Shown one piece after another: positions 1 through 9,620 of a stretch of 64,000 bases of DNA; position 1 is the first letter of the stretch, and every line of letters begins with the position of its first letter. The notes below the pieces were generated by a model. The model saw nothing but the letters and a program-made list of their open reading frames with translations. It was not told the origin of the DNA and did no database searches. Both the position numbers and the translations under genes were made by a program. Source of the stretch: Escherichia phage JY01; sequence record OR995200.1. One strand, given 5' to 3'.

Positions 1-265
1 TCAAAGGACCGCGAACGAAATCAATTTTACAATCTGATCCATTCACAAACATCATATCAGCATTTACATCATGACACAATGCTTTTGCTACAGTTGTTTT
101 ACCTGTTCCTGGAGAAGGAGAATGAAGAATAATATGTGGAATCTTACCTTTACTTGTAATAGATTTAAAGGTTTCTTTATCAAAGGCGGGAAGAATACAT
201 TCATCGATAGTAGATGGACGATATTTCTGTTCAAGAATGTGTTCTTTTTCATTTACGGTAATCAT
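1..265 (-). CDS. 44: Clamp-loader large subunit gp44, N-terminal part (continues past window start)
   Basis: Minus-strand translation from ATG at 265 reads MITVNEKEHILEQKY, recognised as T4 gp44 N-terminus; sits directly downstream of gene 45; SD GAGGAAA upstream. Confidence 0.8.
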   Translation of the reverse strand, partial: MITVNEKEHILEQKYRPSTIDECILPAFDKETFKSITSKGKIPHIILHSPSPGTGKTTVAKALCHDVNADMMFVNGSDCKIDFVRGPL

Positions 266-299
266 AATTTCCTCATTCAAGTTTTAGTGTAAATTATAA

Positions 300-313
300 A
301 GGGCCGAAGCCCT
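300..313 (-). other. UUCG-tetraloop hairpin between genes 45 and 44
   Basis: Minus strand AGGGC-UUCG-GCCCU directly after the gene 45 stop, followed by UUUAUAAUUU and the gene 44 SD. Confidence 0.6.
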
Positions 314-316
314 CTA

Positions 317-1003
317 TTAAAAATCGTGGGTAGAATCAGCTTCAAGAGCTACTACATAATTCGCGTGTTCACCTTCAAATTTAGCAGCACCTTGTTTACC
401 TTTTGCCCAGAGCAGAAGTTTATAATTTCCTGGTTGCATTTTCATATTTGCCATATTGATAATGAAATTAAATGTATTTTCACCATCATAATCACCAAGA
501 GTCAAAGAATATTTAACACGGGTCAGAGCAGAATCTTCTACTTTATTAAAACCGTTAATTACGATTTTACCTTCTTTTACCGTGATAGCAATTGTATCAA
601 TCTGCAGACCACGAGATACACGCAACAGCTGTTGAAGGTCTTCAGCTTTAATTTCAGTAACAACAGATGCTACTGGGAATGGAATTGGTTTATTAGGAGC
701 AACTACTGTACTCGGATCGGCTGCTGGCCAAAAAATTGTTGAACGGGCATCAGCAATTTTAATATTTCCATCTTCTGACTGGGAAATTTCTGCATCATCA
801 TTAACTAAAGACAGAATACCGAGAAAACCATTCAAATCGTAAATTGCTACATCAAAATCAATAGTGTCAGAAATATTTGCTTCCGCATAAGTTGTACCAT
901 TAACTGCACGAGTCATAATAAATTGACCGGATTTAAGCATAATACCAGAGTTAATAGTAGCGAAATTTTTAAGCAGAGCAGTAGTATCTTTAGACAGTTT
1001 CAT
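317..1003 (-). CDS. 45: Sliding clamp (DNA polymerase processivity factor) gp45
   Basis: 228-aa ORF, sequence recognised as T4 gp45 (MKLSKDTTALLKNF...). Confidence 0.95.
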   Translation of the reverse strand: MKLSKDTTALLKNFATINSGIMLKSGQFIMTRAVNGTTYAEANISDTIDFDVAIYDLNGFLGILSLVNDDAEISQSEDGNIKIADARSTIFWPAADPSTVVAPNKPIPFPVASVVTEIKAEDLQQLLRVSRGLQIDTIAITVKEGKIVINGFNKVEDSALTRVKYSLTLGDYDGENTFNFIINMANMKMQPGNYKLLLWAKGKQGAAKFEGEHANYVVALEADSTHDF

Positions 1004-1032
1004 GTAATTTCCTTCAATTCAAATGAGATTTA

Positions 1033-1058
1033 ATTTTATAACTAATTTAATAAAGCAA
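1033..1058 (-). promoter_or_regulatory. MotA-dependent middle promoter for gene 45
   Basis: Minus strand reads aaTTGCTTTA (MotA box) then 10 nt then TATAAAAT, about 30 nt upstream of the gene 45 ATG. Confidence 0.7.
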
Positions 1059-1448
1059 TTAACGATTAAAATCAGCAGCAATTGTTTCCGCAACAATTTG
1101 AGCAGCAACAATTAGACGTTCATCTGCATTACCGCAATAATCATCTTCAAGGCGTTCACCGCATGAAGTCATAATAAATTTAGCACCAGCATTTAGAGAT
1201 TCTGTCGTATGTTTGCGCATTAGTTCAATCCATTTATTACTTACTTCACGATCGATAGCTTCATAATATGCATGACGAGCAGGTGCAGATTTAATTTTGT
1301 TCTGAATAACTTCCATTGCGTTATCAGAAAGAGACAAAACCCATGCGCGACGAATTTTATTTTGGTTTTGCGGATTTGAGTCAGAACGCACGTGTTTTGG
1401 CTGAATATCTTTTACATCAACAGTATAATTCACAGTAATTTTAGTCAT
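1059..1448 (-). CDS. rpbA: RNA polymerase binding protein RpbA
   Basis: 129-aa ORF, same size and position as T4 rpbA between 45 and 46. Confidence 0.8.
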   Translation of the reverse strand: MTKITVNYTVDVKDIQPKHVRSDSNPQNQNKIRRAWVLSLSDNAMEVIQNKIKSAPARHAYYEAIDREVSNKWIELMRKHTTESLNAGAKFIMTSCGERLEDDYCGNADERLIVAAQIVAETIAADFNR

Positions 1449-1457
1449 AATACACCT

Positions 1458-1646
1458 TTAGTCATAATAATCAGTAACAGTCCAAGCTTCATTTCTATTG
1501 GACATTATTTTTGTATATTCTGCTTTAAATGCATTCCTAAGCATAGATTCAGTAACTATATGCTCTTCATTAGAAAAATTATTTCTCAGAATATATCGTT
1601 TTATTTCAGGAATAGTTAATAGATGCTGTCCAGTTGAATATTCCAT
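1458..1646 (-). CDS. Hypothetical protein (T4 45.2 position)
   Basis: 62-aa ORF co-oriented and tightly packed between rpbA and 46. Confidence 0.5.
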   Translation of the reverse strand: MEYSTGQHLLTIPEIKRYILRNNFSNEEHIVTESMLRNAFKAEYTKIMSNRNEAWTVTDYYD

Positions 1647-1701
1647 GTTTTTCCTCCATAGAGATTATACTCTAATAAATTAAAGCATAATCTCTTATAA
1701 A

Positions 1702-3384
1702 TTAAACCATTACAGTAAATCGACCAACTTTCTTCATTTGAAGATGCTGACCGTATGCTTGCGGGTCATGGTCTCTATGCGAAATAACAAAAACATTAGT
1801 ATTTTTTAAACTATCTAAAATAGTTGAAATAGCTTTTACACCTTCAACGTCGGTCGCTGAATCAAAAACTTCATCAAGAATTAGTGTGTTTATTTTAACG
1901 CCTGAAACTTTTTCAGCAATATCACGCCAAGTAAATAAAAGAGCAATATCAATTCGCGCTTTTTCACCTTGACTGAATGAAGCATAACTAAAATCTTCAC
2001 GACCACGTGATTTAATTGTCTCATTAAATTCTTCATCTAATGTAAACACATAATCCGCTTCCATTATTTTAAGATAATGGTTAATCTGCTTATTAAATAA
2101 TGGAATGTACTTTTTAATAATAGCACCTTTAATACCAGAATCTTTGAGCATATCAGTCAAAATTCCTCGGTGGTATTTTTCCATTACTAAATTAGTTTTT
2201 GTCTTAACAATTTTATCAAGTTCTTCTTGAAGCAGTGCTATTTCATCAGCATGGTCAATAAACTCAGAAGATGCTTTTTCTATAGCCGCTTTAACCTTTT
2301 TAGCTTTATCTACTGCTGCGATCAGAGATTGCTTTTTATTGCGAATATCATTTGCCAACGACTGCTGGGTTTTAATATTATCTCGGTATTCATCAACAAG
2401 AACTTTTAAATTATCACGATGTGTTGAAAGCTGTTCAAACGAATGCGTACATTCAGAAACTTTATCTTTAATTTTAGAAACAACTTTATCACCTGAACTT
2501 AATTGTGACAAGCAGGTTGGGCATAATCCACCTTCGTGATACATATTAATGACTTTATTATACGAGTCAATTTTTGATTTAATTAAAACTGCTTCTTGAC
2601 CGATTTTATTAAATGCATCAGTCGGGTCTTCATCTAAAACAATATTAACTAATCTTTCATTAGCTTCTTCTATTTCCGATTTTAGCGTTCTAGCTTCTTT
2701 TGCCAAATCATCATACATATTTTGAAGACGAGTAAGGTTGTCACCCGTTAATTTTTTCTGGCGTTCAACGTTATCATTATATATTTTAATTTGTTGGATA
2801 ATACTATCTTTTTTAACATCAAGCACTTGGTTTTGTGAATTTAATTCACGTATTAGTGCTTTATTAAGCTTATCCATTTCAGCTAATGTTCCTACCTCAA
2901 GCAGGTCTTCCACAAGCTTTCTTCGCGCAGGGGTCGACAAACCCATGAAAGGGGTATACCCTGCTGTACCAAGGACAACAATCTGCTTGAAACTGGCATA
3001 TGACATTCCGATAAGCTGTTCAAATTCTGCTTGGAAATCTTTACTGCTGGCAGATTCATTAAGACGTGTACCGTTAACGGTGATTTCGAAAACGTTTGGT
3101 TTTTGTCCTCTTTTGATATAGTACTTTTTCTCATCATATTCCATCCACAGTTCAACTAAAAGTTCTTTCTTATTTGTGCTGTTTATTAATTGACCTTTCT
3201 TTACATCACGAAATGGCTTGCCAAAAAGCCCAAATGTGATGGCTTCTAACATAGTAGACTTACCACCGCCATTTCGTCCAGTAATAAGAGTTTTTTGAAC
3301 CTTATCTAATTGAATGCCAATAGGATTTCCACCTACTGACATTATATTTTGATACCTAACTCGGTTTAGTTTAAAATTCTTCAC
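1702..3384 (-). CDS. 46: Recombination endonuclease subunit gp46 (Rad50/SbcC-like ATPase)
   Basis: 560-aa ORF with N-terminal Walker A GRNGGGKST, long coiled-coil middle, C-terminal signature/Walker B region (LILDEVFD). Confidence 0.92.
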   Translation of the reverse strand: MKNFKLNRVRYQNIMSVGGNPIGIQLDKVQKTLITGRNGGGKSTMLEAITFGLFGKPFRDVKKGQLINSTNKKELLVELWMEYDEKKYYIKRGQKPNVFEITVNGTRLNESASSKDFQAEFEQLIGMSYASFKQIVVLGTAGYTPFMGLSTPARRKLVEDLLEVGTLAEMDKLNKALIRELNSQNQVLDVKKDSIIQQIKIYNDNVERQKKLTGDNLTRLQNMYDDLAKEARTLKSEIEEANERLVNIVLDEDPTDAFNKIGQEAVLIKSKIDSYNKVINMYHEGGLCPTCLSQLSSGDKVVSKIKDKVSECTHSFEQLSTHRDNLKVLVDEYRDNIKTQQSLANDIRNKKQSLIAAVDKAKKVKAAIEKASSEFIDHADEIALLQEELDKIVKTKTNLVMEKYHRGILTDMLKDSGIKGAIIKKYIPLFNKQINHYLKIMEADYVFTLDEEFNETIKSRGREDFSYASFSQGEKARIDIALLFTWRDIAEKVSGVKINTLILDEVFDSATDVEGVKAISTILDSLKNTNVFVISHRDHDPQAYGQHLQMKKVGRFTVMV

Positions 3385-3596
3385 AAAAGATTCCTTTTAA
3401 TGTATCTTTTAGACCATTCTATCATATCATCATAATCTAAAAAGTATTCATCAAATTCAGCCATGCAAACAACACCTTGTGCTACTTTTGATGTGATATA
3501 AATTATTCCAACATATCTAGAATCTTCTTCGGTATAATCAATATTTGCTATGAATTCATCATTAATGTCAAATGTCGAAAACTTCACAGTATGCAT
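3381..3596 (-). CDS. Hypothetical protein (46.1 position)
   Basis: Track ORF 3381..3644 trimmed to internal Met after the end of the upstream ORF; stop overlaps gp46 start. Confidence 0.45.
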   Translation of the reverse strand: MHTVKFSTFDINDEFIANIDYTEEDSRYVGIIYITSKVAQGVVCMAEFDEYFLDYDDMIEWSKRYIKRNLL

Positions 3597-3831
3597 CCTT
3601 AATACAAGATACAGCCATATCTTGTAATGATTTAGGTGTATCATTATCTAAAATGTTGAAGTTAAAAGATACGGCCCAATCAGTGCATACCGTAACCTTT
3701 TTAATACAATTATCTTCAACCTCTAACGGTTCAAACCAATATTCAATAATTTCTTTATGCCCAATATCATCTTTTACTTCGCATTCAAAATGCTGACTCA
3801 TCATAACATTTTTAAATTCATCAAAAGTCAT
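3568..3831 (-). CDS. Hypothetical protein (46.2 position)
   Basis: 87-aa ORF; start overlaps gp47 stop by 4 nt, suggesting translational coupling. Confidence 0.5.
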   Translation of the reverse strand: MTFDEFKNVMMSQHFECEVKDDIGHKEIIEYWFEPLEVEDNCIKKVTVCTDWAVSFNFNILDNDTPKSLQDMAVSCIKDAYCEVFDI

Positions 3832-4847
3832 TGTGTTGCCTCTACATATAACTGATTTGCATATTGAATAAGTGCTTCGCGATCAGAATCAGTGATGTCT
3901 GGAATTGCATTAATGTATTCTTCCATCAATGTCTGAAGAGATTGAACTTCAACTTCTTCACTATCATCTGACTCAACAGAGTTATCAATCTTTGACACAA
4001 CTCGTAATGAATGCACAACTTTTTCTAGTTCAGATTCGAACTTCGTTAAATTTTTGTCTACTTCAGTTACTATAACACGCACTGATAGATTTGTAAAATC
4101 TTTATAGTCAATTTTTCCTTTAAATGGATAATGAATTCTACGATGCCAGGTAGTATTGTTTGGAATAAATTCCATTCGTTCTGTTTCTGTATCAAACATC
4201 CAGAACCCACGAGGGTCATTCTCGTCACCTGCAGTTAGTGTCCATGGTGTCCCAATATATCTAACGTTAGCAGCCTCAGAGATAGTATGGAAGTGACCAG
4301 ACCACACTTCTTTATAAGTCTTAAGGAAATCAGGTTCAAGACCATGAGATTTCATTCCTTTATAAAAATAAAATCCATTCAGTTCCCAGTGACCAACACA
4401 AAAAGAAGCAGATGAAGTTTTGATGTGTTCAAGAATTTCACCAGTATTTTCTTCACACATCCAAGGAATCAAATCAATCAAACACCCGTCAAAATCTACT
4501 GTAGTAGGCTTATCATATACTTTAACATTAGGATATTTAGCCAAAAGCTCAGTAGAAGCATTTGGATGCATTACATTTTTGTAGTGAAGATCGTGATTTC
4601 CTACAATAGTATGTAGGGTAATACCAGCATCATCAAGCATTTGAACTATTTCACGAGCAAACTCCATAGTTTTATGCGTGATCGCTTTTCGCACATCAAA
4701 AATATCACCGTATTGAATCCATACCGTAATTCCATTTTTCTTAGAATATTCTATCGCTTGCTTAATTCCATCAATTTGAATACCGCGAATCCACTCATCA
4801 TCAGCTTTAACGCCTAAATGCCAATCACCTAAATTTAAAATTTTCAT
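3828..4847 (-). CDS. 47: Recombination endonuclease subunit gp47 (Mre11/SbcD-like phosphoesterase)
   Basis: 339-aa ORF with calcineurin-like phosphoesterase motifs (GDWH..., GDIFD, GNHD, GHFH). Confidence 0.92.
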   Translation of the reverse strand: MKILNLGDWHLGVKADDEWIRGIQIDGIKQAIEYSKKNGITVWIQYGDIFDVRKAITHKTMEFAREIVQMLDDAGITLHTIVGNHDLHYKNVMHPNASTELLAKYPNVKVYDKPTTVDFDGCLIDLIPWMCEENTGEILEHIKTSSASFCVGHWELNGFYFYKGMKSHGLEPDFLKTYKEVWSGHFHTISEAANVRYIGTPWTLTAGDENDPRGFWMFDTETERMEFIPNNTTWHRRIHYPFKGKIDYKDFTNLSVRVIVTEVDKNLTKFESELEKVVHSLRVVSKIDNSVESDDSEEVEVQSLQTLMEEYINAIPDITDSDREALIQYANQLYVEATQ

Positions 4848-5006
4848 ATATCAAGAACCGTCATTGAAATGCAAAATAAAATTATTGAAATAAACCCATC
4901 TGGTGTGCTAAAGAACCCAATCCAACATGCTCTAGTGAATAGATAAAATGCGAGAAAAAGTATCACATATCCAAGAAATATCATTATATCAAACTCCGTA
5001 TAAAGC

Positions 5007-5024
5007 TAAAGGGCCGAAGCCCTT
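5007..5024 (-). other. UUCG-tetraloop hairpin at the a-gt 3' end
   Basis: Minus strand AAAGGGC-UUCG-GCCCUUU overlapping the a-gt stop codon. Confidence 0.55.
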
Positions 5025-6226
5025 TATTTTGTAATAATGTCAAACTGTTCTTTAAAACAGAAGCTTGAATCTTGATGCTGATACAAAAATTCATAAGCTT
5101 TTTCACGTTCGCGGTCATAAAGAGCTCGGTCAGATGACAGTTCTTTAATACGTTCAAATGTTGATTCCATATCATTTTCATCAAACCAAATGATACCGCT
5201 ATCATGCGAGGTCAAAGGAGTATTATCAACACGGAATTTTAAATTTTCGCCAGTAGATTTCCAAAATACCGGAATTGTTCCACATGCACCAAGCTCGAGA
5301 TGAGTATATTCTAAAGAACGTTGTAGATATTTTTTATCCAACTTACTCAACTGATAACCAAAACCGGATTTACTCATACGTTCAAGCATTTCGCTATTTA
5401 CATAACGGTCAAGAATTTGCGTTGGCAAATTAGGAGCAATTTTAATTTGGTCTACTTGATGAAGACGATAATACTCGTATGGAATTCCTTTTTCTTTAAT
5501 AGGAATGAACGCTGGAGAACGTTCCAGACCTTCCATAATAGTACTTAGTCCTGCAGGTTTAAGATGTTTTTCATGAAAATCAAACATCTGATAAAAACCT
5601 TTCCATGTAGTCGTACGACCAATCCAACGGTTAACATTCATGTTAACTTCAGAAACATCTTTCCAGTAGGTTGACCGAACCTTCGCAATATCCATAGGAG
5701 GCTGAAAGTTATATACTGTCGGTGCTTCTTCAATATCATCAAACAGAGAAACAGTTTCTGGATACCATTCTTTCATCAGAACTTTATTAAAATCGCCATT
5801 ATCAGAATGGCTAAAAATAACATCAGCTCGACGAACAGTTTCTTCTAATCCCAAATTTCGACGCAAAGAAAGAGAAGAATGGTCATGCTGATAAACTACA
5901 ACACGAACAGAAGGTTTAATGTTATCAATAATTTTTTTATAGTTATTAATAGTGTCTTCTTCAACCGAAGTAGCAGGAACTGAATTGATAATTAGAATAT
6001 CACAATCATTTACCAGCTTAAGTGTTTTATCGTATTCTTTTGCCAATAAAACCGGAATTGAAAATGATTTATAATCATGCGCACAATTACGAGTAAATGA
6101 TTTATCTTTAGCATAAACCAAAGTTACTTCATGACCATTTTTAATAAACCAATCACGTTGCTCAAGAGAAAATTTAGTTACACCACAACCTTCAAGACCT
6201 CGAGCCATAAAAATACATACTTTCAT
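5024..6226 (-). CDS. a-gt: DNA alpha-glucosyltransferase
   Basis: 400-aa ORF, sequence recognised as T4 alpha-gt (…CIFMARGLEGCGVTKFSLEQRDWF…). Confidence 0.85.
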   Translation of the reverse strand: MKVCIFMARGLEGCGVTKFSLEQRDWFIKNGHEVTLVYAKDKSFTRNCAHDYKSFSIPVLLAKEYDKTLKLVNDCDILIINSVPATSVEEDTINNYKKIIDNIKPSVRVVVYQHDHSSLSLRRNLGLEETVRRADVIFSHSDNGDFNKVLMKEWYPETVSLFDDIEEAPTVYNFQPPMDIAKVRSTYWKDVSEVNMNVNRWIGRTTTWKGFYQMFDFHEKHLKPAGLSTIMEGLERSPAFIPIKEKGIPYEYYRLHQVDQIKIAPNLPTQILDRYVNSEMLERMSKSGFGYQLSKLDKKYLQRSLEYTHLELGACGTIPVFWKSTGENLKFRVDNTPLTSHDSGIIWFDENDMESTFERIKELSSDRALYDREREKAYEFLYQHQDSSFCFKEQFDIITK

Positions 6227-6250
6227 TTAATATCCTCTTTGTTTTGGTTT

Positions 6251-6275
6251 ATTTTACCAAAAATTTATAAAGCAA
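6251..6275 (-). promoter_or_regulatory. MotA-type middle promoter for a-gt
   Basis: Minus strand reads aTTGCTTTAt then 10 nt then TAAAAT, upstream of a-gt start at 6226. Confidence 0.55.
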
Positions 6276-6276
6276 T

Positions 6277-6296
6277 ATAGGAGCCGAAGCTCCTAT
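6277..6296 (-). other. UUCG-tetraloop hairpin upstream of the a-gt middle promoter
   Basis: Minus strand AUAGGAGC-UUCG-GCUCCUAU, 8-bp stem. Confidence 0.55.
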
Positions 6297-6469
6297 CCGC
6301 ATAATACACCGTATAGAGGCTCATTAGAGCTTCTAAATTTTATACGCTTATATGTTATAGTTCCTTCTGCTTTAGCTTTATCATGAGACTCTTTAAAGCG
6401 TCTCATCATTTCCTTTTTAGAGGAACGAATTTTATTATAATCTATTTCAGAAGTCTGGATGTTCATCTT

Positions 6470-6676
6470 TCATAACTGCCACCATTTTTTGACTTGATAA
6501 GAATCAACCCACACTTTCATATTAGGGTCTGCTCTTACAATAGGAGGATTAACTTCTTTAATTGAACTATCATGGTATTCTTTTTCAGAAATTTTCACAC
6601 AAAGATGACCATTCAAAGATTCAGTAAATCCTGCATTAATTTTAAGACGCTTGAATTTTACATGTGTAAGCATCAA
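6470..6676 (-). CDS. Hypothetical protein
   Basis: 68-aa ORF in the minus-strand early block. Confidence 0.4.
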   Translation of the reverse strand: MMLTHVKFKRLKINAGFTESLNGHLCVKISEKEYHDSSIKEVNPPIVRADPNMKVWVDSYQVKKWWQL

Positions 6677-6959
6677 TCATATCCTCAATCTGCGATCTAG
6701 TAGTCTTCCAAAGAATACTAATAAGTTCATCGTTATATGGCTGTTTTAGAATATCCCGACTTTTCTTGATAGCATATTCGTATTGAGCAAAATTATTATT
6801 TTCAGCTGCAATCTGAGCGTGCTTATAAAGACGATTCAGTTCGCGTTTGTTTTTAGACAATAACTTATTTGCTTTTCTTTCTGCTTCAAGACGGTTCTTT
6901 TCTTCAATAGAAGAAATAAGCTTTTCCACTTCATCATTAATTTCGGGTTTATCAGTCAT
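6642..6959 (-). CDS. Hypothetical protein, charged coiled-coil-like
   Basis: 105-aa ORF; stop adjacent to next ORF start. Confidence 0.5.
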   Translation of the reverse strand: MTDKPEINDEVEKLISSIEEKNRLEAERKANKLLSKNKRELNRLYKHAQIAAENNNFAQYEYAIKKSRDILKQPYNDELISILWKTTRSQIEDMIDAYTCKIQAS

Positions 6960-6960
6960 A

Positions 6961-7179
6961 TTATTTCTCTAATATAAAATAAAAATCATCATCTGTTAAA
7001 TGATACCGATAGTTTAATTCTACACCATTAGATTTAAAAGCGGTATCATACGGATTTTCTGGATCAATATCAATGTCAAGAGCTAAAACTTCCCTGAGAT
7101 ACATTTTAAGTAAATAGGGAATAGCTTCAACTTCAGGTATTTCTTCCAAGAATCCGGAGAGGTTAATCGTTAGCCTCAT
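6961..7179 (-). CDS. Hypothetical protein
   Basis: 72-aa ORF immediately downstream of gene 55, overlapping its stop. Confidence 0.5.
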
Positions 7180-7720
7180 ATAAAAAATCCAAACTAGGAG
7201 AATCGTCTACAACACTTTTCTTTTCAGCCCCCGGTGTTCTATAGGTTGATTCTTCGTAATGCGTCATTTTATCATAGATGTCTTGAATAAAAGTTTCATC
7301 TACTAACGCAACCATATCGTCGTCACGGCTGTCATAGACATTGTGAACGAAGTAACTATATTTCTTTGCAACTTCCTTACGTTCTTTTTTAATACGCTGG
7401 ACGAATGCATTAAAACAAGCTTGAGTTATATATGCATGTGGGTTTTTATATTTCGTTTCATCAAAATTATGAAGCCCCTTAATAGAAGCTTCTATACCAT
7501 CTGCAATCATTTCTTGTTTCCAAGACTGGGTGTATCCTGAAAAGTTGAAACGTTTAGATAAGCCTTCTGCAATAAGCATAATGGCTAATCCGATAGTATC
7601 ATTCTGACGAACTACTTTATTTGGGTCTTTATTATTTGCTAATTCTGTTTTCCAATCAATAATAGCTTGTAAAAGCTCTTTATTGTTTACGTAATTATAT
7701 TTAGGCTTAGTTTCTGACAT
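7163..7720 (-). CDS. 55: Late-transcription sigma factor gp55
   Basis: Track ORF trimmed to Met3 ([24 protein letters not shown]), recognised as T4 gp55, 185 aa. Confidence 0.9.
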
Positions 7721-7798
7721 TTTCACCTCTTAGCTCAATTCATAGATCTATTATATCATAATATTTGAAGATCTATCTTAAAGCATAGAGGATATCAG

Positions 7799-8068
7799 TT
7801 ATCTAAGTAAACAGTATGCTTGGAACACTTTCTCCATCATCTTTTTAAATTCATGAATATCTATGTAATGATCATTAATATCAGCGCGATATAAAAAGTC
7901 TAAAAACTTTTTATGGGTATTAGAATATTTACTTCCAGTTAATTCAGAAACATGGCTTTCCCAATATCCAACACCAGTTTTATTTGGGAAAAATGAAATT
8001 TTCATGTATTGGTCAACATAGAAAATACCAAAATTTTCAATAGCAATAGAAATATTAATTAATTTCAT
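7799..8068 (-). CDS. Hypothetical protein
   Basis: 89-aa ORF in a co-oriented tightly packed series. Confidence 0.5.
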   Translation of the reverse strand: MKLINISIAIENFGIFYVDQYMKISFFPNKTGVGYWESHVSELTGSKYSNTHKKFLDFLYRADINDHYIDIHEFKKMMEKVFQAYCLLR

Positions 8069-8286
8069 ACATTCATCAACTTAGCCGCTTCAAGAGCTGC
8101 ATCTAGTGAATCAAATTGGTCAACATATTCAATTAATTCGCCGTAATTAGCGTATAACCACCATTGGCTAAATTCATACTCAAGGATGAATCCGTTTCCT
8201 TCAATTTGAGTTAAACCAATGCCATTTGTATTTACTTCGTATCCGGCAAGACGCAAATCGTTAATAAGAGATTCGTTCATATTCAT
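8065..8286 (-). CDS. Hypothetical protein
   Basis: 73-aa ORF; 4-nt start/stop overlaps with both neighbours. Confidence 0.5.
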   Translation of the reverse strand: MNMNESLINDLRLAGYEVNTNGIGLTQIEGNGFILEYEFSQWWLYANYGELIEYVDQFDSLDAALEAAKLMNV

Positions 8287-8609
8287 ACCTTAGCAATTTT
8301 CAGGTCAGCAAATTTTTTCTTGCGTTGATTTTTCATGCGACGAATAGTTTTATCGGAAATTTCATGCTTTTGATAAGCTTTAGATTCTACACCAAAAGCT
8401 TTAACATCAAATTCTGACAAGATATATTGAACCAACAATTCACGGACAGTATTGCGTCCAATTTTCTGATCATTCTGTTTCATCGTCTGATGAAGTTCTT
8501 TTTCCCATTTATCCAAAATTTGAGGAGTTACAATATCGCCTTTTTCTAGCAAAGAAACTACTTTATCATATGCGTAAGAATTGATGGCGTTTTTAATTTG
8601 AATAGTCAT
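8283..8609 (-). CDS. Hypothetical protein
   Basis: 108-aa ORF; 4-nt overlap with downstream ORF. Confidence 0.55.
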   Translation of the reverse strand: MTIQIKNAINSYAYDKVVSLLEKGDIVTPQILDKWEKELHQTMKQNDQKIGRNTVRELLVQYILSEFDVKAFGVESKAYQKHEISDKTIRRMKNQRKKKFADLKIAKV

Positions 8610-8642
8610 ACATTATCCTCAATTGCATTAAAAATTTATTAT

Positions 8643-8664
8643 CCAAAAAAGGGCCGAAGCCCTT
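8643..8664 (-). terminator. Rho-independent terminator (UUCG tetraloop hairpin plus U-tract)
   Basis: Minus strand AAGGGC-UUCG-GCCCUU followed by UUUUUUGG. Confidence 0.6.
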
Positions 8665-8863
8665 AGCTAAACTTTTTGGCACCCTTCCAGCCTTCATACA
8701 TCATTGCGGCTGATATTAATATTGCTCCTGAGCAACTTGAATATTTGTGATTCCAAAACCAGTTTAGAAAAACTTCGTCATCAATACCTTGTGCTATCAT
8801 ATTTTCAAAGAACTGACGACGAGCTTCTGCAATTCGCTGCGATAATTTAGATTCAGGATTCAT
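8663..8863 (-). CDS. Hypothetical protein
   Basis: 66-aa ORF followed by a UUCG hairpin plus U-tract. Confidence 0.45.
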   Translation of the reverse strand: MNPESKLSQRIAEARRQFFENMIAQGIDDEVFLNWFWNHKYSSCSGAILISAAMMYEGWKGAKKFS

Positions 8864-9079
8864 TTAAATTTTCCAATTACCGTTTTCATCAATGAATTTA
8901 ATCCAGTCATTTACTGACCACTTAGTTGTATCGCCTTTTGGAGTAACATTTAAAGTATATAGCCCTTGCTTAAAAAGCATTCGTTTGATATTCATATTTT
9001 CCTCAGCTGTAACGATAACACTCGTTTGATTTACGTTTAGCAACTCGTTGAGAAGTATTATAATCAAAATCATCGTCAA
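8864..9079 (-). CDS. Hypothetical protein (start uncertain)
   Basis: 71-aa track ORF whose 5' part overlaps the upstream ORF; true start probably internal. Confidence 0.35.
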   Translation of the reverse strand: MTMILIIILLNELLNVNQTSVIVTAEENMNIKRMLFKQGLYTLNVTPKGDTTKWSVNDWIKFIDENGNWKI

Positions 9080-9341
9080 TGTAAACTGATTTTTTCAACT
9101 TTCTTACTTCACCGCGTAATTGACGATTTAACTCATCTTTAACTTCTGAATCAATGCCTTTCATTCTACGCCATTTATCTGAGCGAAAAATGTTTTCAAC
9201 CATATCTTTATGACTTACACCGTCTGGAGCTTTACGCTTTCCAAAATAGTCATAATCACGCACTTTTAAGTCTTTACGACGATACGTTTTACCCATGGAG
9301 TTTAATTTCCTTAGCAACTGAACTAAATACAGCACGATCAC
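9003..9341 (-). CDS. Hypothetical basic protein
   Basis: 112-aa ORF rich in K/R; probable true start at internal MGKTYRRK (about 9296). Confidence 0.5.
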   Translation of the reverse strand: MIVLYLVQLLRKLNSMGKTYRRKDLKVRDYDYFGKRKAPDGVSHKDMVENIFRSDKWRRMKGIDSEVKDELNRQLRGEVRKLKKSVYIDDDFDYNTSQRVAKRKSNECYRYS

Positions 9342-9494
9342 AAATCATACGTTTGTTCCATTTAATCACAGTATAATGAACATCTAAATCATCGACTGCT
9401 GTAACAATAACGATATGTCCGTTAACACGATAGTACTGGTCAATTTTAATCTCTTTATCAACCATATCAATTCCTCAAAGGTAATTCATATGTT

Positions 9495-9525
9495 AATAAT
9501 ACCACGGTTTGAACTTCTTGTAAAC
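9495..9525 (-). promoter_or_regulatory. Early (sigma70-type) promoter
   Basis: Minus strand: UP-like tttcacaaagtt, GTTTAC, 17 nt, gtgGTATTAT. Confidence 0.6.
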
Positions 9526-9595
9526 AACTTTGTGAAAATTATTTTAGGGAATGATAAGAAGGGAACGATAGCTTAGAATGGTAATATACAGAATG

Positions 9596-9620
9596 TAAGA
9601 AAGAAAGGCCCAGAGGGCCC
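9596..9620 (-). terminator. Terminator-like hairpin after nrdH
   Basis: GGGCC/GGCCC stem followed by U-rich tract on the minus strand. Confidence 0.45.

Noticed and set aside
71-292. Plus-strand 73-aa ORF
   Set aside because: Antisense to the gene 44 N-terminus, whose minus-strand translation matches the known gp44 start; low-complexity product.
326-742. Plus-strand 138-aa ORF
   Set aside because: Lies entirely antisense to gene 45; an AT-rich antisense artefact.
2227-3155. Several ORFs (plus and minus frames) inside gene 46
   Set aside because: Nested within or antisense to the 560-aa gp46 ORF; no independent signals.
4848-5006. Small ORF in the 47/a-gt intergenic region
   Set aside because: All reading frames from candidate ATGs terminate within 2-7 codons; treated as non-coding spacer.
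4984-5205. Minus-strand 73-aa ORF overlapping the a-gt 3' end
   Set aside because: Out-of-frame overlap with the well-supported a-gt ORF; probably not translated.
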